NCBI RefSeq assembly: GCF_000143415.4
Contig: NW_003314279.1
Location: 2,286,401 to 2,350,400, forward strand
Length of the DNA: 64,000 bases
Direction of reading: 5' to 3'
Source: Selaginella moellendorffii
Taxonomy: Eukaryota > Plantae > Lycopodiophyta
Part shown: piece after piece, positions 38,100-49,274 of the stretch
Layout of the letters: each line of letters begins with the position of its first letter
Position numbering within the stretch: position 1 is the stretch's first letter
The notes under the pieces: model-generated
Seen by the model: the letters and a program-made list of their open reading frames with translations, nothing else
The model's database searches: none
Told to the model about the DNA's origin: nothing
Made by a program: the position numbers and the translations under genes

Positions 38100-39472
38100 G
38101 CTTGTTGCTGCTGGAGATACATGGTCTGCTGGGCGACCAGACAATTCACCAGCGGCAACTCTATGTCGGAGCAGTCACCCTTTTCCAAAACCATCTCTAC
38201 TTTTCTCGTCACAACCACGACCTTGTTCTTCCTCGTTTCGAGCTCGTTGGCGACCACCGCGTGCATGCCATACTTGCAAAGCGACGAGCGTGCTTTCTTG
38301 AGGAGTATGTCCACGTCCGTTTCCAGCTGATACGAGAGAAAACTTTGCTCGATTGAGCTGCTATAGAGAAGAAGAGTAAAGAGGAAATGAAAAACCTTGA
38401 ACGAGACGCAAAAGGCCTCCGGAGCCCAATGCTTTCGTAACAATCCAAGCATCTTTGGAACCGGAGCGAGCTGCATTGTCATCGAGCCGTCATCCGACCA
38501 TCTGGATAGAGAAGATTATTTTTGAGATTTCCACCGAAAACAAAACGAGAGAAGACGAGAAGTTCTTACCATGGAGTTCCAGGGGATGTAGAAGTCGGAG
38601 ACAGCCGCTGCAAAGTAAAACATAGCATGCCTGCCAACTGGTTTCATGGCAGCTCCAACAATCTCTAAAATCTGCCACGAAAAACCGTCATACAAACCAG
38701 AGTTTGCGCGGCACGTTTCTTACTTGGAGGTACTCAAAGAGCGTAGTGAACTTGAGCTTCAAGAGCTTCTTCTGGAGCACCGCCTGTTTTGATTCTTAAG
38801 AACTCAAGAAGAGAAACAAGAACTGAGCTTGCAGAATGATGTCCTGTGACTGCCCGAGTCACAGCATCAAACCATTTTTCTCGTGCTGCGAAGCGGGAGT
38901 TAAACTCTCGAAGAAATAAAAGGCAGATTTCGCTTACCCCGGATTGATCCATCCACAGGCTCGAGACATTCTTGTATGGGATTATCCGGCAGCGAGCGGC
39001 AAAATGGCTGCATAGATCCTCTAAAAAGTATTTCACGAAAGTAGCATCACCATTTGAAAAAGAAAAAAAGAGTGCTGCTTGCCTCCGATGAAGGAAAATC
39101 ACAGCATAGTCACTTGCAAGGAAGTACCTTGCAAAAAAAAAAAAAAAAAATCATAAAAGAAGAATGAGTAGAAAAGAATAACGCACTCTGTGGAGGCTGC
39201 TCCTCGACTCCCCGAGCTGAAATTGTCAATGACCCTAACGCATCGTCGCTCCAAGGGCACGGTCGTGCCCCCGGATGTAACAATGGCAATGCGCGTCGTC
39301 TAGAATCACGCGATTCAGCTCCAAAATACGAGAAATGCTAGATAAGGATAAAACCTGGCCGATGGCCGATGCCGCCTTCCAGATATCCAAGAAGCGATTC
39401 GCTCGCGACCACATCGTCGCGGCATCGGAGAGGCGGGGCCGAATCGAAGAACGATTGAGCTTCTTCCTCCAT
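38096..39472 (-). pseudogene. PPCS: Phosphopantothenate-cysteine ligase (CoaB/PPCS), full-span multi-exon copy B, probably frameshifted
   Basis: Start MEEEAQSFFDSAPP. Motifs: [85 protein letters not shown]...VVANEL. A 14-nt deletion at ~38498 removes EHKI, which copy A retains. Confidence 0.85.
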
Positions 39473-39540
39473 TATGACCGATGAACCCTAAATTCGATAA
39501 CCCGTTTTATAAAGGTAAAGTTTCGAAAAAGTAGTAAGAA

Positions 39541-40846
39541 TCAAGAGCATGAGTTTGCGAGCAGCACGAGAACAGCTCCATCGCTGGGGCTCGAAAGCAA
39601 AGCTCGTTTCGTCACTCGAGCACAGTTTTTCCAGATTCTATCACCTCTGGAAGAACTTAGCATGGACGTCCAGTCCCACGAGTTGGGAAGAAAAGGCATG
39701 GTGTGCAAGCTCTTCCGATCCCGCTCGCCCCAGCATGTCCACGATGCAGCAGTAGTGTTGCTTCCTCGCCGCCACCCCGTAATCCAGACGCATGGAGTTG
39801 AAGTAGGAGTCACCGACATTGGGCTCGCCAACTTGGCTGCTCGCAATCAGCACCAAAGTGAAGCAGGAATCGTCGGGCATCTCCACTATCGTCATCTCTT
39901 CGAAGGAACCAAACACGTCGCTGGGGCTGCCGGGGCTTGGGCATATGCGGTCAGCATTGCACTGAAGGATTCAACGCTGCGCAGGGGCATCGTTTGGAAC
40001 ACCTTCCTTGCAAGAGAAAGATGCCCGTTTTGGGCATATGCCGAGAGCATGGCGTTCCACGACACCAAGTTCTTGTCTGATTTCCTGAAAGACTCTTCTA
40101 GCCCCGGTAAGATTCCCTTGCAAGGAGTGTGATGTTAGCAGCGTGTTCCAGGTTGATGCCGGTATTTTGTCGAGGATTTTCATGGTTTCGTCCACGCACT
40201 GGGTTAATCCCGTGGCTATGGCGTTCCAACACACGGCAATGCTGCAATTGCGCAAGTGCACGAGACGACATCGTGCTCCGGTCTCCCGTCACGGGCATCT
40301 GGAGTCTTCTCTGGAGCTCTTCCAGCGTGTGAGGAATCTCTCGACTTGCACGGCAATCCTTTCCGGCTACGTCCACTGCGGCCTCCTGAAAGAGTCGGAG
40401 CGCTTCTTTCACGATCAGATGCCGCAGCACGATCTTGTCTCCGTCACAACGCTGCTCGTCGCCTATACCCAAAGCCAACGCCTTGAGGAAGCCAGCTGCC
40501 TCTTTGATTCTCTTCCATACGTAATCATCTCTTCAAAAGTGCTTTCTACATCCGCGAGCTGAGATAAAGCCCCCAGCATCGTCTTCCACGAGACCAAGTT
40601 GCGAGCAGGCATTTTACTAAAGACTACCTTGGCAGAATCAAGATGCCCATCACAGTGCGCTTCATCAAAGTGCCCGTTTTTGCAGCAGGCAACCAGCAAA
40701 AGATCCCAGGTGAACTTGTCCCTCTTGGCCATACCATGGAAGATCTGAGCTGCGTGTTTGATGTTGATACCACATCTACTGTGCATTTCAATTTGCTTGT
40801 TCAGGACGAAAACACTGCTTAAATATGAATTTCTAAAACACTCCAT
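39541..40846 (-). pseudogene. PLS/E-class PPR pseudogene with an internal inverted segment (~40292-40525)
   Basis: HYCCIVDMLGRAG and MPFLPNSWDWTSML on the minus strand; PPR repeats read on + at 40292-40520. Confidence 0.8.
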
Positions 40847-40864
40847 GAGAAAAATTATTAATTA

Positions 40865-41923
40865 CTATTTGATAGAACTGAGTTGGAAGGTCCCTGATTT
40901 TTCTGCAGGAGGGATCCACCCAATTCCATGGTATCTAGCGCTCGTCCATCCCCATTCTACGTTTCCGGCCATCCACACCTCTATCCCGTTCACATAGTCC
41001 ATGACTCCTTGCTTCATGGCAAGCCCATTTGAAATGATCTCATGCTTTGTCTGGGAGAAATCCTTCTCCAAATCCTCCACCATGCTCGCAACCTTGCCGA
41101 TTGCCTCGTTCAAGCCACACTTACAATTGCTGGCGAGAATGGGCACGGCGTTGAGGTAGTTTCCTCTCGCCCACTCCTTCCTGAGAGAGATCAAGTCATT
41201 GTGGAGCGCAATGTGGTGCGTCCCAATCTCCTCAACCTTGCGTATGAGAGGATGATCCAGCACGCCACGCTCCTCCAGCCTAAGTTGCAGTAAGCCATCA
41301 ATCAGAGCAAAGCAAGGAGCCACACCAGATGTGATCTCTCTCAGCCAGAGGTACGTATCCAGGTTGGGAATGATTTGCTTGCGATGCCAGCTCGATTCAA
41401 TCTCAAACATGTCGAGCACCTTGGTCATAGCATCCACGAATCGGCCTGATTCATCCACTATATGGAGGGACAGTTCTTCCAAAACCTCAGCTAACATCTT
41501 CATTTGCCTCAGCAGGTCCGGATTTTTCACTGGAAGCGTGGCCTCGTCAAATCTTCCCTTGAAAACCATCTTGTATGCAGTTGCCACATATCTCATGTCT
41601 GACGAGGAGATCTCCGGGCTATCCAGAATGTCATCTGCAAGAAAGAACCAAGCGAAGAACTTTGCAACCGGAATCATCTTCTCGTATGGAATGCTGGGGT
41701 AAACATAAGCCGCGAGCAATCCAAGCCTGCTTTCTTGAACAAACATAGCTTTCTCGCTTCCAGGTTGCAACTTCAGAAACTCCGCGCACCACGCATCGAT
41801 CTGAGCGTCGGCCTTTGCATCGTACAGCGGATTCAACACTGGAGAGGCAAGGAGTTTACACACTGGTGGAATGGAATAGCTTTTCTCTGCTGCGAAAATG
41901 CTCGCAATGGATGGAAGAGCCAT
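40865..41923 (-). CDS. MTPSL: Microbial terpene synthase-like protein (class I, single alpha domain), intronless, 352 aa
   Basis: WFFLADDILD (DDxxD), YLWLREITSG (effector-triad region), NDLISLRKE (NSE/DTE) and C-terminal W...SARY. Intact ORF. Confidence 0.93.
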   Translation of the reverse strand: MALPSIASIFAAEKSYSIPPVCKLLASPVLNPLYDAKADAQIDAWCAEFLKLQPGSEKAMFVQESRLGLLAAYVYPSIPYEKMIPVAKFFAWFFLADDILDSPEISSSDMRYVATAYKMVFKGRFDEATLPVKNPDLLRQMKMLAEVLEELSLHIVDESGRFVDAMTKVLDMFEIESSWHRKQIIPNLDTYLWLREITSGVAPCFALIDGLLQLRLEERGVLDHPLIRKVEEIGTHHIALHNDLISLRKEWARGNYLNAVPILASNCKCGLNEAIGKVASMVEDLEKDFSQTKHEIISNGLAMKQGVMDYVNGIEVWMAGNVEWGWTSARYHGIGWIPPAEKSGTFQLSSIK

Positions 41924-41967
41924 GAAGGAAGAGTTCCTAAGTGAATTTTCAACATTGAAAGAGGGCC

Positions 41968-41980
41968 CTTATAAATAAAA
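41968..41980 (-). promoter_or_regulatory. Putative TATA box of MTPSL
   Basis: TATTTATAAG ~50 nt upstream of the ATG. The paralog has TATATATAAG at ~30329-30338 in the same position. Confidence 0.45.
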
Positions 41981-42035
41981 TTAGAAGCAAATTCAAACTA
42001 AGTAGTTGAATGGTTGTTGATTTCTGCGAAAAACC

Positions 42036-43133
42036 TTAGGAAACATCCCAGATAGTGTTCACACAATGTGGATTTGTGATTACAAATCTTGTTTTACTGG
42101 CTTTGTTACCAAGTAATTCGTCTGAGAGTGCATTTGCCTTTTCGTGTCTCCCTTCTCTCGCTAGCTCCTGGATCACCGCCTCATAAACCTTGGCATTTGG
42201 CCTGCCTTTCCTCGAGAGCGTCATCTCCCCCCTGATCAATGCCACGTAGATATCGTGGCGAGGAGGCGTGCCACTCTGCTTGATGGCCTCGAGAAGCTCC
42301 AGAGCTGCGCTCATTCTCCCGGTTCTACACAGCCCGTCCATCATCACCCGGTACGCGAACATATCCGCCTTGCAGTTCTCGTTGCGCTCCAGTCTCTCGA
42401 GCATCTTGTGAGCCTCTTCCAGGTCCCCAGTCCCACAGAAGCCACCGATCAAGCTCCTGTACGTGATAGCGTTCGGCTGGACGCCGTTGCCAACCATCTC
42501 CTCCAGCAGCTTGTAAGCCACCGTCGGCTTCCCAGCGCTGCAGAACGCGTCAATGAGAGCGGTGTAAATCACCACGTTGGGCTGGCATTCCCCTTTGGCC
42601 ATTCGCTTGAGAACTCTGTGCGCCTCCACCATTCTTTTGACTTTGCAGAAGCCGTCGACCAGGCTTGTGTACGTATACACGTCCGGAGAGCAGTCACTGG
42701 CAACGATCTCTTCCAGAAGCCTTTCGGCATCATCCACCAGTCCAGCATTACAGTATCCTTCCACTAGTGTCGGGAATGTGACGACGTCGGGGAGGGCTGC
42801 CTGCTTGAGCATGTCATCAAACAACGTGCAAGCCATGTTGATCCTATCCAGCTTACAAAACCCACCAATCAAGCAGCTGTACGTGATAACATCTGGGTTG
42901 CAAAACTTGGCTTTCATTTCTCCAAACAGCCTGTTCACTTCTGGCACCCTTCCTGTCTTGCAAAGGCCGTCAATAAGTGTGTTGTAGGTGTTGATATCTG
43001 GAAGGCACCCTGTTGCTGTCATCTCTTCCATCAACAAAAGTGTGGAGTCTACCCCGTTGGTCATGCAAAAGCCATGGATCAAGCTGTTGTAAGTCACCAT
43101 GTTTGGCTCAATGCCCCAGATTGTCATTCTCAT
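42036..43133 (-). pseudogene. P-class PPR gene (about 9 repeats), 5' end lost to a retroelement remnant
   Basis: Open 365-aa frame of canonical 35-aa P repeats. It begins mid-repeat at a junction with gag-like sequence. Confidence 0.75.
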
Positions 43134-43565
43134 GATAATCTATGGAGGATGAAGTTAAGGTTCTGTTGTTTGCAAGTGGTTGTTGTTGAACTCACTGTGG
43201 TCACTAAAGCCAAAGTTTTAGATGGAGTTCCAACATTTTGCAATGTTGTGTGTATTAACTTTATATTCCTCACACCACTAGTGATGCCACCAAGTTTCAA
43301 TCTACGTCATAAGAGATTGTAGCTCCTCCACAAGCTTCTCTTGCTATTGAGTCTGCTGTTGCAAAAGTACTCAATGCTCCTTAAACTCATTGATTGCCAA
43401 CTCAATCACTATAAGCATCTTGTTTTTAACAACATGTGGTAGCTTGGGAATGGCACACATTTGGGCCTAGAAGCCTGGTTAAGAGTGGATGTCATGGTGC
43501 ATGCCAAGCTCAAAGAGCATGTCCTTTAATGCATAGCTAAATATTAGTTTGTAAGTTTCATGTTG

Positions 43566-44449
43566 TGTTAGCGCACCTAAATTTGGAGTTGAACTCCAAG
43601 CCTATTGCACTACAAAATGAGGGTCTGGTACAATCTTACGAGCACCAACTCCCCGTATCTAGCACTTGCATGCAAAATGGTGTCAAATGGTGTCTGGCAT
43701 AATTTTAGCATACTGGTGGCCTAACGCAAGGAAGAGTGTACCCCACCAACTAGAGCAGCGTGGAGCTTGGGCTTAAACCCAAGCCGAATGCAGAACAAGG
43801 AGCGATACAGTCCAGTGGGAGCCAAAAAATATCTCAAGTGGTCGGACATGCATTTCAACCACTATCCTTACTGGAACCCTCTATAGCCCCCCCCCCCTTG
43901 CTTTCACCCCAAGCCTCCTTTAGTACTAGGAGTTAGTCTTTGGGATAAGTTAAAAATTTACTAAATATGGAATGTCCTTAGATTGCGAATTTGAACACAA
44001 GACGAACACCATTGTGTATAGGCCAATCTCTACAATCCGTAGATATGCAAAATGAGTGAATCTAGACACTTTCCATAAATAGCATTTGGGACCGAAATGA
44101 GACTAACACAAAGGGTATAATAGCGAGGGTGTTTGGCAAACACGGTAAGCTATCATCTAGTGATATTGAGGGACTAGTCTCAATATGCGAGGGTTCTTGC
44201 TAAGACAAAACAAAAGAGAACTAACAAGCCATGCCAAGTATGTTTGGCTAAATAGAAACTTAAGAATTCCTTCCTTATGCTCATCCGGCCAAGCACAAAT
44301 GCTAAGTCCAATTTATTAACATTTGGACAAGAGGGGCTAATAAAGGGAATCAGCAGTACCAACCTCCTGCCATCGTGGCAGTAAAGAAAGAGTGTCTATA
44401 AGGACTGACCGATAAATATCTTTCGATACCTGAAGTCATATTCGCGACA
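43566..44449 (-). mobile_element. LTR (TG...CA, ~884 bp), preceded on the minus strand by a polypurine tract
   Basis: Homology to copy A breaks at 43566 (TGTTAG). On the minus strand AAGGGGGGAAGAG directly precedes TGTCGCG at 44449. 43700-43945 is homologous to 57890-58156. Confidence 0.6.
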
Positions 44450-44889
44450 CTCTTCCCCCCTTGGGGAAGATCAACGTCCTTGTCGATGCATACCCAAGTC
44501 TAGCAAACCGTCAAGGAAACAATTGCGAAAGTTAATGGAAAGCACACTATATGGGAAACACACTGACTTAAATGAGTTATGGAACGACTTCTCCTCTACA
44601 TCCAAAGATGTTAAGACTCAGACACCCTCCAGCCGTCACCGACAAGGAAATGACTAATGGAGTTAGCCACCTTTGCTGCTTTGAGTACCACTCGACTTAC
44701 AAAGGAATGATACATCCCTACCCACAAAGACATAAGGAGTAGGCTGTAAGCCACAAATTTTTCCTTTTCAATTTACCAGCTTACTTTGTCTATCTGTCCA
44801 ACACTGCCTTGACTTTTGCTAAGTTCTCTAAGTTGCCTTCGACTCGGTCCCACCCGATGAACTCTTTGTCATTTTGGTCGTGTTTTTGG

Positions 44890-47280
44890 GGATCCTTTAG
44901 GATGTCGTCTATATTGACAACATCCTGATCTATAGCGAAACGCTAGAGGAGCATGCTAAACACTTGACGAAGGTGTTTGAGAAACTAAGGGAACATCAGC
45001 TGTATGCTAAAGAGAGCAAATGTGACTTTGCTCAACAAGAGGTAAAATTTCTCGGGCATGTGGTGGGCAAGGACGGGCTCAAGGTGGACTCTGAGAAGGT
45101 CCAAGCGATCTAGGATTGGGAGTGACCATTGAATGTACACAAGTTAAGGGCATTCTTGGGGCTATGCAACTACTATCGAAAGTTTATCAGACACTATTCG
45201 AGAGTAGCCCTACCCTTAACGGACCAAACAGGAAAAGGAAAGATGGTATGGACAGCAGAATGCGAGGCGGCATTCATCCACCTCAAGGGGAAGTTGAGGA
45301 AGGCTCCCGTGTTGGTGTTACCAGACTTTGGTAAGGACTTTGAGGTAGAAACAGATGCTTCAGACTTTGCGTTGGGCACAGTTTTGAAGCAAGACAACCA
45401 TCCAATAGTGTTCTTATCGAAGAAGTTGGACAAGGCTCAACAAAAGTGGCCTGCCCATGAGAAGGGTGGTCAAGGTGCTCAAGGAGTGGCGACACTACCT
45501 TGGGAGACACTTCAAAGTTTACATAGACAATATGGCAACGAAACACTTCTTGTCACAACCCAACTTGAGGGGAAAACAAGGTCGGTGGGCCAATGCTTTG
45601 GCCGAGTTTGATTGCGAGATTCTGTACAAGTCTGGGAAGAGCAACATCGTGGCAGATGCGCTAAGTCAAAAAGCGAGTTTGAAGTTGGTGATATCCAATG
45701 CAACAACAACCTTTTGGGATGATGTGTGGACCGCATACGAGAACGATGATCTAGCATAAGAAGTGTTGCTGAGGAATCTAGAGGCACGGGAAGCTCACCA
45801 GAGAGGTGAGCTGCCAACAGAAGAGAAAACGGGCTATGCAAAATGCAACCGACTCATATATTACAAGCAAACGAGGGTGTATGTTCTAGAAGGGGAACTA
45901 AGGAAGGTAGCCTTAAAAGAGTGTCATGACGGACCTCTTGTGGGACACGGCGGCGTGCCCAAGACAATGGGCTTACTCAAGAGGAAGTACCACTGGCCAG
46001 ATATGGCTAAGGATGTCCAAGACTATGTAAAGACAAGTCCAACATGTCAGCAAGTCAAAACTATGACTAAGGCTAGTGGGGGTTTGTTACAAAGCATCCC
46101 AATTCCAGATCGTCTGTGGAAATGTCTTACGATGGACTTCATCACGGGACTCCCCCCAAGCGAGGGTTTCGATGCGATATTCGTGGTGGTGGATTGATTT
46201 TCGAAGATGGCACATTTCATACCCACCACAACAGAAGTGGATGCGGAAGGTGTGGCGAAGCTGTTCTTCGAACAAGTGGTTTGAGTGCGGGGAAGGCCGA
46301 AAGAGATCATCTCAGATCGAGATAAGATCTTCACTAGTAGGTTCTGGAGGACTCTCCTGGAATAGTATTGCACCAAGTTGAAATTCAGCACAGCCTATCA
46401 CCCATAGACAGGTAATGTGTGTTAAGTCAAGTTTGGTGGCACTAACACTTCTTGACAGACGGACAAACGGAAAGGGTGAATAGGCAGCTGGAGGATTATT
46501 TGCGATGCTATGTTTCGGGAGACCAGACCGATTGGGTAAGTCATTTGGGACTTGCGGAAATGTGTTATAACAACTCACCACATTCGAGCATCGGGGTGAG
46601 TCCATGGGAAGTCATCAATGGGCGAGCTATTAAAGGTCCTGTGGAACTCGGCATGGCCGAGTATCATGGAGAATTACCCGCAGTGGAGGCATTCATGGCG
46701 GAAAGACTCAACATTTGGAATCTAGTGAGGGATTCCTTGGAACGGGTTCAACAAAGGCAAACTAAGTACGCGAACCAAAAGCGTTGGGATGTAGAGTTCC
46801 AAACTGGGGAGAAGGTGTGGCTGAACACCAAGAACTTCAGGCTACCAAGTGGGATCAGCCGGAAGTTGACCCAAAGGTAAAAATGCATGTATTCCTGTAA
46901 ATGAATTGATCTTGAGTTCCTTAAATAGGTTCGCGGGGCCTTATGAGATTGAGGCTTGAATTGGTAAAGTGGCCTACCGTCTCCGACTTTCTCAAGAGAT
47001 GAGGAAGATGCATCCTGTGTTCCATGTGAACTTACTCAAGCCGTATTTTGAGGATCCGCTTTGCAAGGACCAAGTAAAACCTTTATTTGAGGTTATCCAA
47101 GGGGAAGAGGAATACGAAATCGAGGCCATCCTCAATGCGCGTAAGAGCAAGTGACAAGGATGCAAGGTGAGAGAATTCCACATAAAGTGGAAAGGATTTC
47201 TACACTGTGAAGCAACATGGGAACCGGAGGAGAACCTAGCGAACGCGCGAGATCTAGTGAAGGAATTTCTGCAAACTTAA
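44890..47280 (+). mobile_element. Ty3/gypsy chromovirus pol remnant (RT C-terminus, RNase H, integrase, chromodomain), degenerate
   Basis: AFLGLCNYYRKFI, ETDASDFALG, HDGPLVGHGG...CQQ, MDFITGLP, GQTERVN, HPVFHVNLLKPY, EEEYEIEAIL...KWKG...TWEPEENL; stops and frameshifts present. Confidence 0.92.
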
Positions 47281-47804
47281 GCAGAACTCTATGTACTTAT
47301 GCAAAGTTCAATTAAAGTATCAATTTGTGAAGTTGAGTAATGGCATATGTTGGGGCCTAAAGGTGTGCCGAAGGTAAGCTAATTAGCATGGGTTAGCTAG
47401 GTCGACCAAGCATAGGGAACTACACCTGACTCCCTGCAGGGATGTTGAATCCGTAGACGTATTCTACGGAGGTTGGGTTCAAGTCCCAACCCCCTAGTAA
47501 ATCAAGGCTAGGTTCAAGTCCCGACCCCATACTAGGGCGTGGTGAAGTGAGGAGTATAGGGATACCTATATTCCGTTGTCATGGGCTCTTGGCCGGGGAG
47601 GCTAACTTAGGCACACTGCTAAGTCGGGGGATACCCCCGGAGACATGGTCAACAAGTTATAGGATACAAGTTATAGGATAAAAAAGAGACATTCAATGTG
47701 GGCATTGAACTTCTTTTATGGGTGGTGGAGTTGTAAGGAACCAACCTGCCAAGGTCTCATAGGCTAAAGGATCCCCGAAAGCATAACCAAAATGACAATT
47801 GGAT

Positions 47805-47963
47805 GGGACCGAGTCGAAGATCGAGTTGAAGACCAACTCTGAGACCGAGTTCGAGATAGAGTTTGGGATCGAGTCCGAGGCCGAAACGGAGACTGAGTTC
47901 GAGACCGAGTTCGAGACAGAGTCCGAGATCCAAATTGGGTCTGAGACTGAGAATCTGATCCTT
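47805..47963. repeat. GAGTCC/GAGACC hexamer array of the LTR family, running into the gap
   Basis: Directly visible. Confidence 0.8.
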
Positions 47964-48490
47964 NNNNNNNNNNNNNNNNNNNNNNNNNNNNNNNNNNNNN
48001 NNNNNNNNNNNNNNNNNNNNNNNNNNNNNNNNNNNNNNNNNNNNNNNNNNNNNNNNNNNNNNNNNNNNNNNNNNNNNNNNNNNNNNNNNNNNNNNNNNNN
48101 NNNNNNNNNNNNNNNNNNNNNNNNNNNNNNNNNNNNNNNNNNNNNNNNNNNNNNNNNNNNNNNNNNNNNNNNNNNNNNNNNNNNNNNNNNNNNNNNNNNN
48201 NNNNNNNNNNNNNNNNNNNNNNNNNNNNNNNNNNNNNNNNNNNNNNNNNNNNNNNNNNNNNNNNNNNNNNNNNNNNNNNNNNNNNNNNNNNNNNNNNNNN
48301 NNNNNNNNNNNNNNNNNNNNNNNNNNNNNNNNNNNNNNNNNNNNNNNNNNNNNNNNNNNNNNNNNNNNNNNNNNNNNNNNNNNNNNNNNNNNNNNNNNNN
48401 NNNNNNNNNNNNNNNNNNNNNNNNNNNNNNNNNNNNNNNNNNNNNNNNNNNNNNNNNNNNNNNNNNNNNNNNNNNNNNNNNNNNNNNNNN
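47964..48490. other. Assembly gap (N run)
   Basis: Ns. Confidence 0.99.
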
Positions 48491-49274
48491 CTTCACATTG
48501 GTACGGCTAGCAACTTTCACTACCTTGCTATCAGGGTTTTGCTTCGACAACTCTGAGGTACCCATACCGGGCCGTTAGGCCACGGTGTTCCGCCCCGGCA
48601 TCCCGAAGCAAGTGTTGCACCCAAGATTTAGGATTTAGAGGGTCCCATGATCAAGTCTTGTGGTACCAAGGGGTGTTAGGAACCTGGAGGCTTGGTGTGC
48701 TTGGCTGCTTGTGCCTACAGGGAGTGTAGCCGAACCTTAAGTCCAGTCTAACCCGGGGAAGGGGATTGGGAGAGATTTGGGAATCCGTGGATGGATGGTT
48801 AACACTCCGTTGCTCGTGTAGTGAGTAGCTAAAACCAAGTAGGAGCTGGTACCATAGGCGGGAACCTTGGGGAGGGAACTTAGCAAAAGTCAAGGCAGTG
48901 TTGGATGGATAGACAAGGTAAGCTGGCAAATTGGAAAGGAAAAATTTGTAGCTTACAAAGGCCAAAGGCCCAGCTTCCCCTGAGCAAAAAATCAATTCTA
49001 TTGGAAAGATTTAGACAACATTTATAAACTAGTAGATTAAGTTGTTTACACGACCACACCCCTTTTCAAAAATGAGTCATCGAAAGAGAGGTTGTGACTT
49101 GTGATCAGTCTATAATAGATATCCCCATGGTTATGGATTGGACCCATGCACTGAAGTGCTGAAGTCAGCTTACCAAAATTGACCCAAGTACTAACAGATG
49201 AGAGAAACGACACTTTGATTTATAGAAATATATTACTTTATTAATTTGCAAGATTTATTATAAGAGTTACAAAA

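Noticed and set aside
40865-41923. Microbial contamination
   Set aside because: Embedded between plant PPR genes and duplicated along with them.
38096-43133. Biosynthetic gene cluster (CoA supply + terpene synthase)
   Set aside because: PPCS copies are disrupted, there are no P450 or other tailoring genes, and linkage is explained by segmental duplication.
48491-48555. Short copy of 50622-50685 immediately after the gap
   Set aside because: Gap-adjacent, so probably an assembly artefact or trivial fragment.
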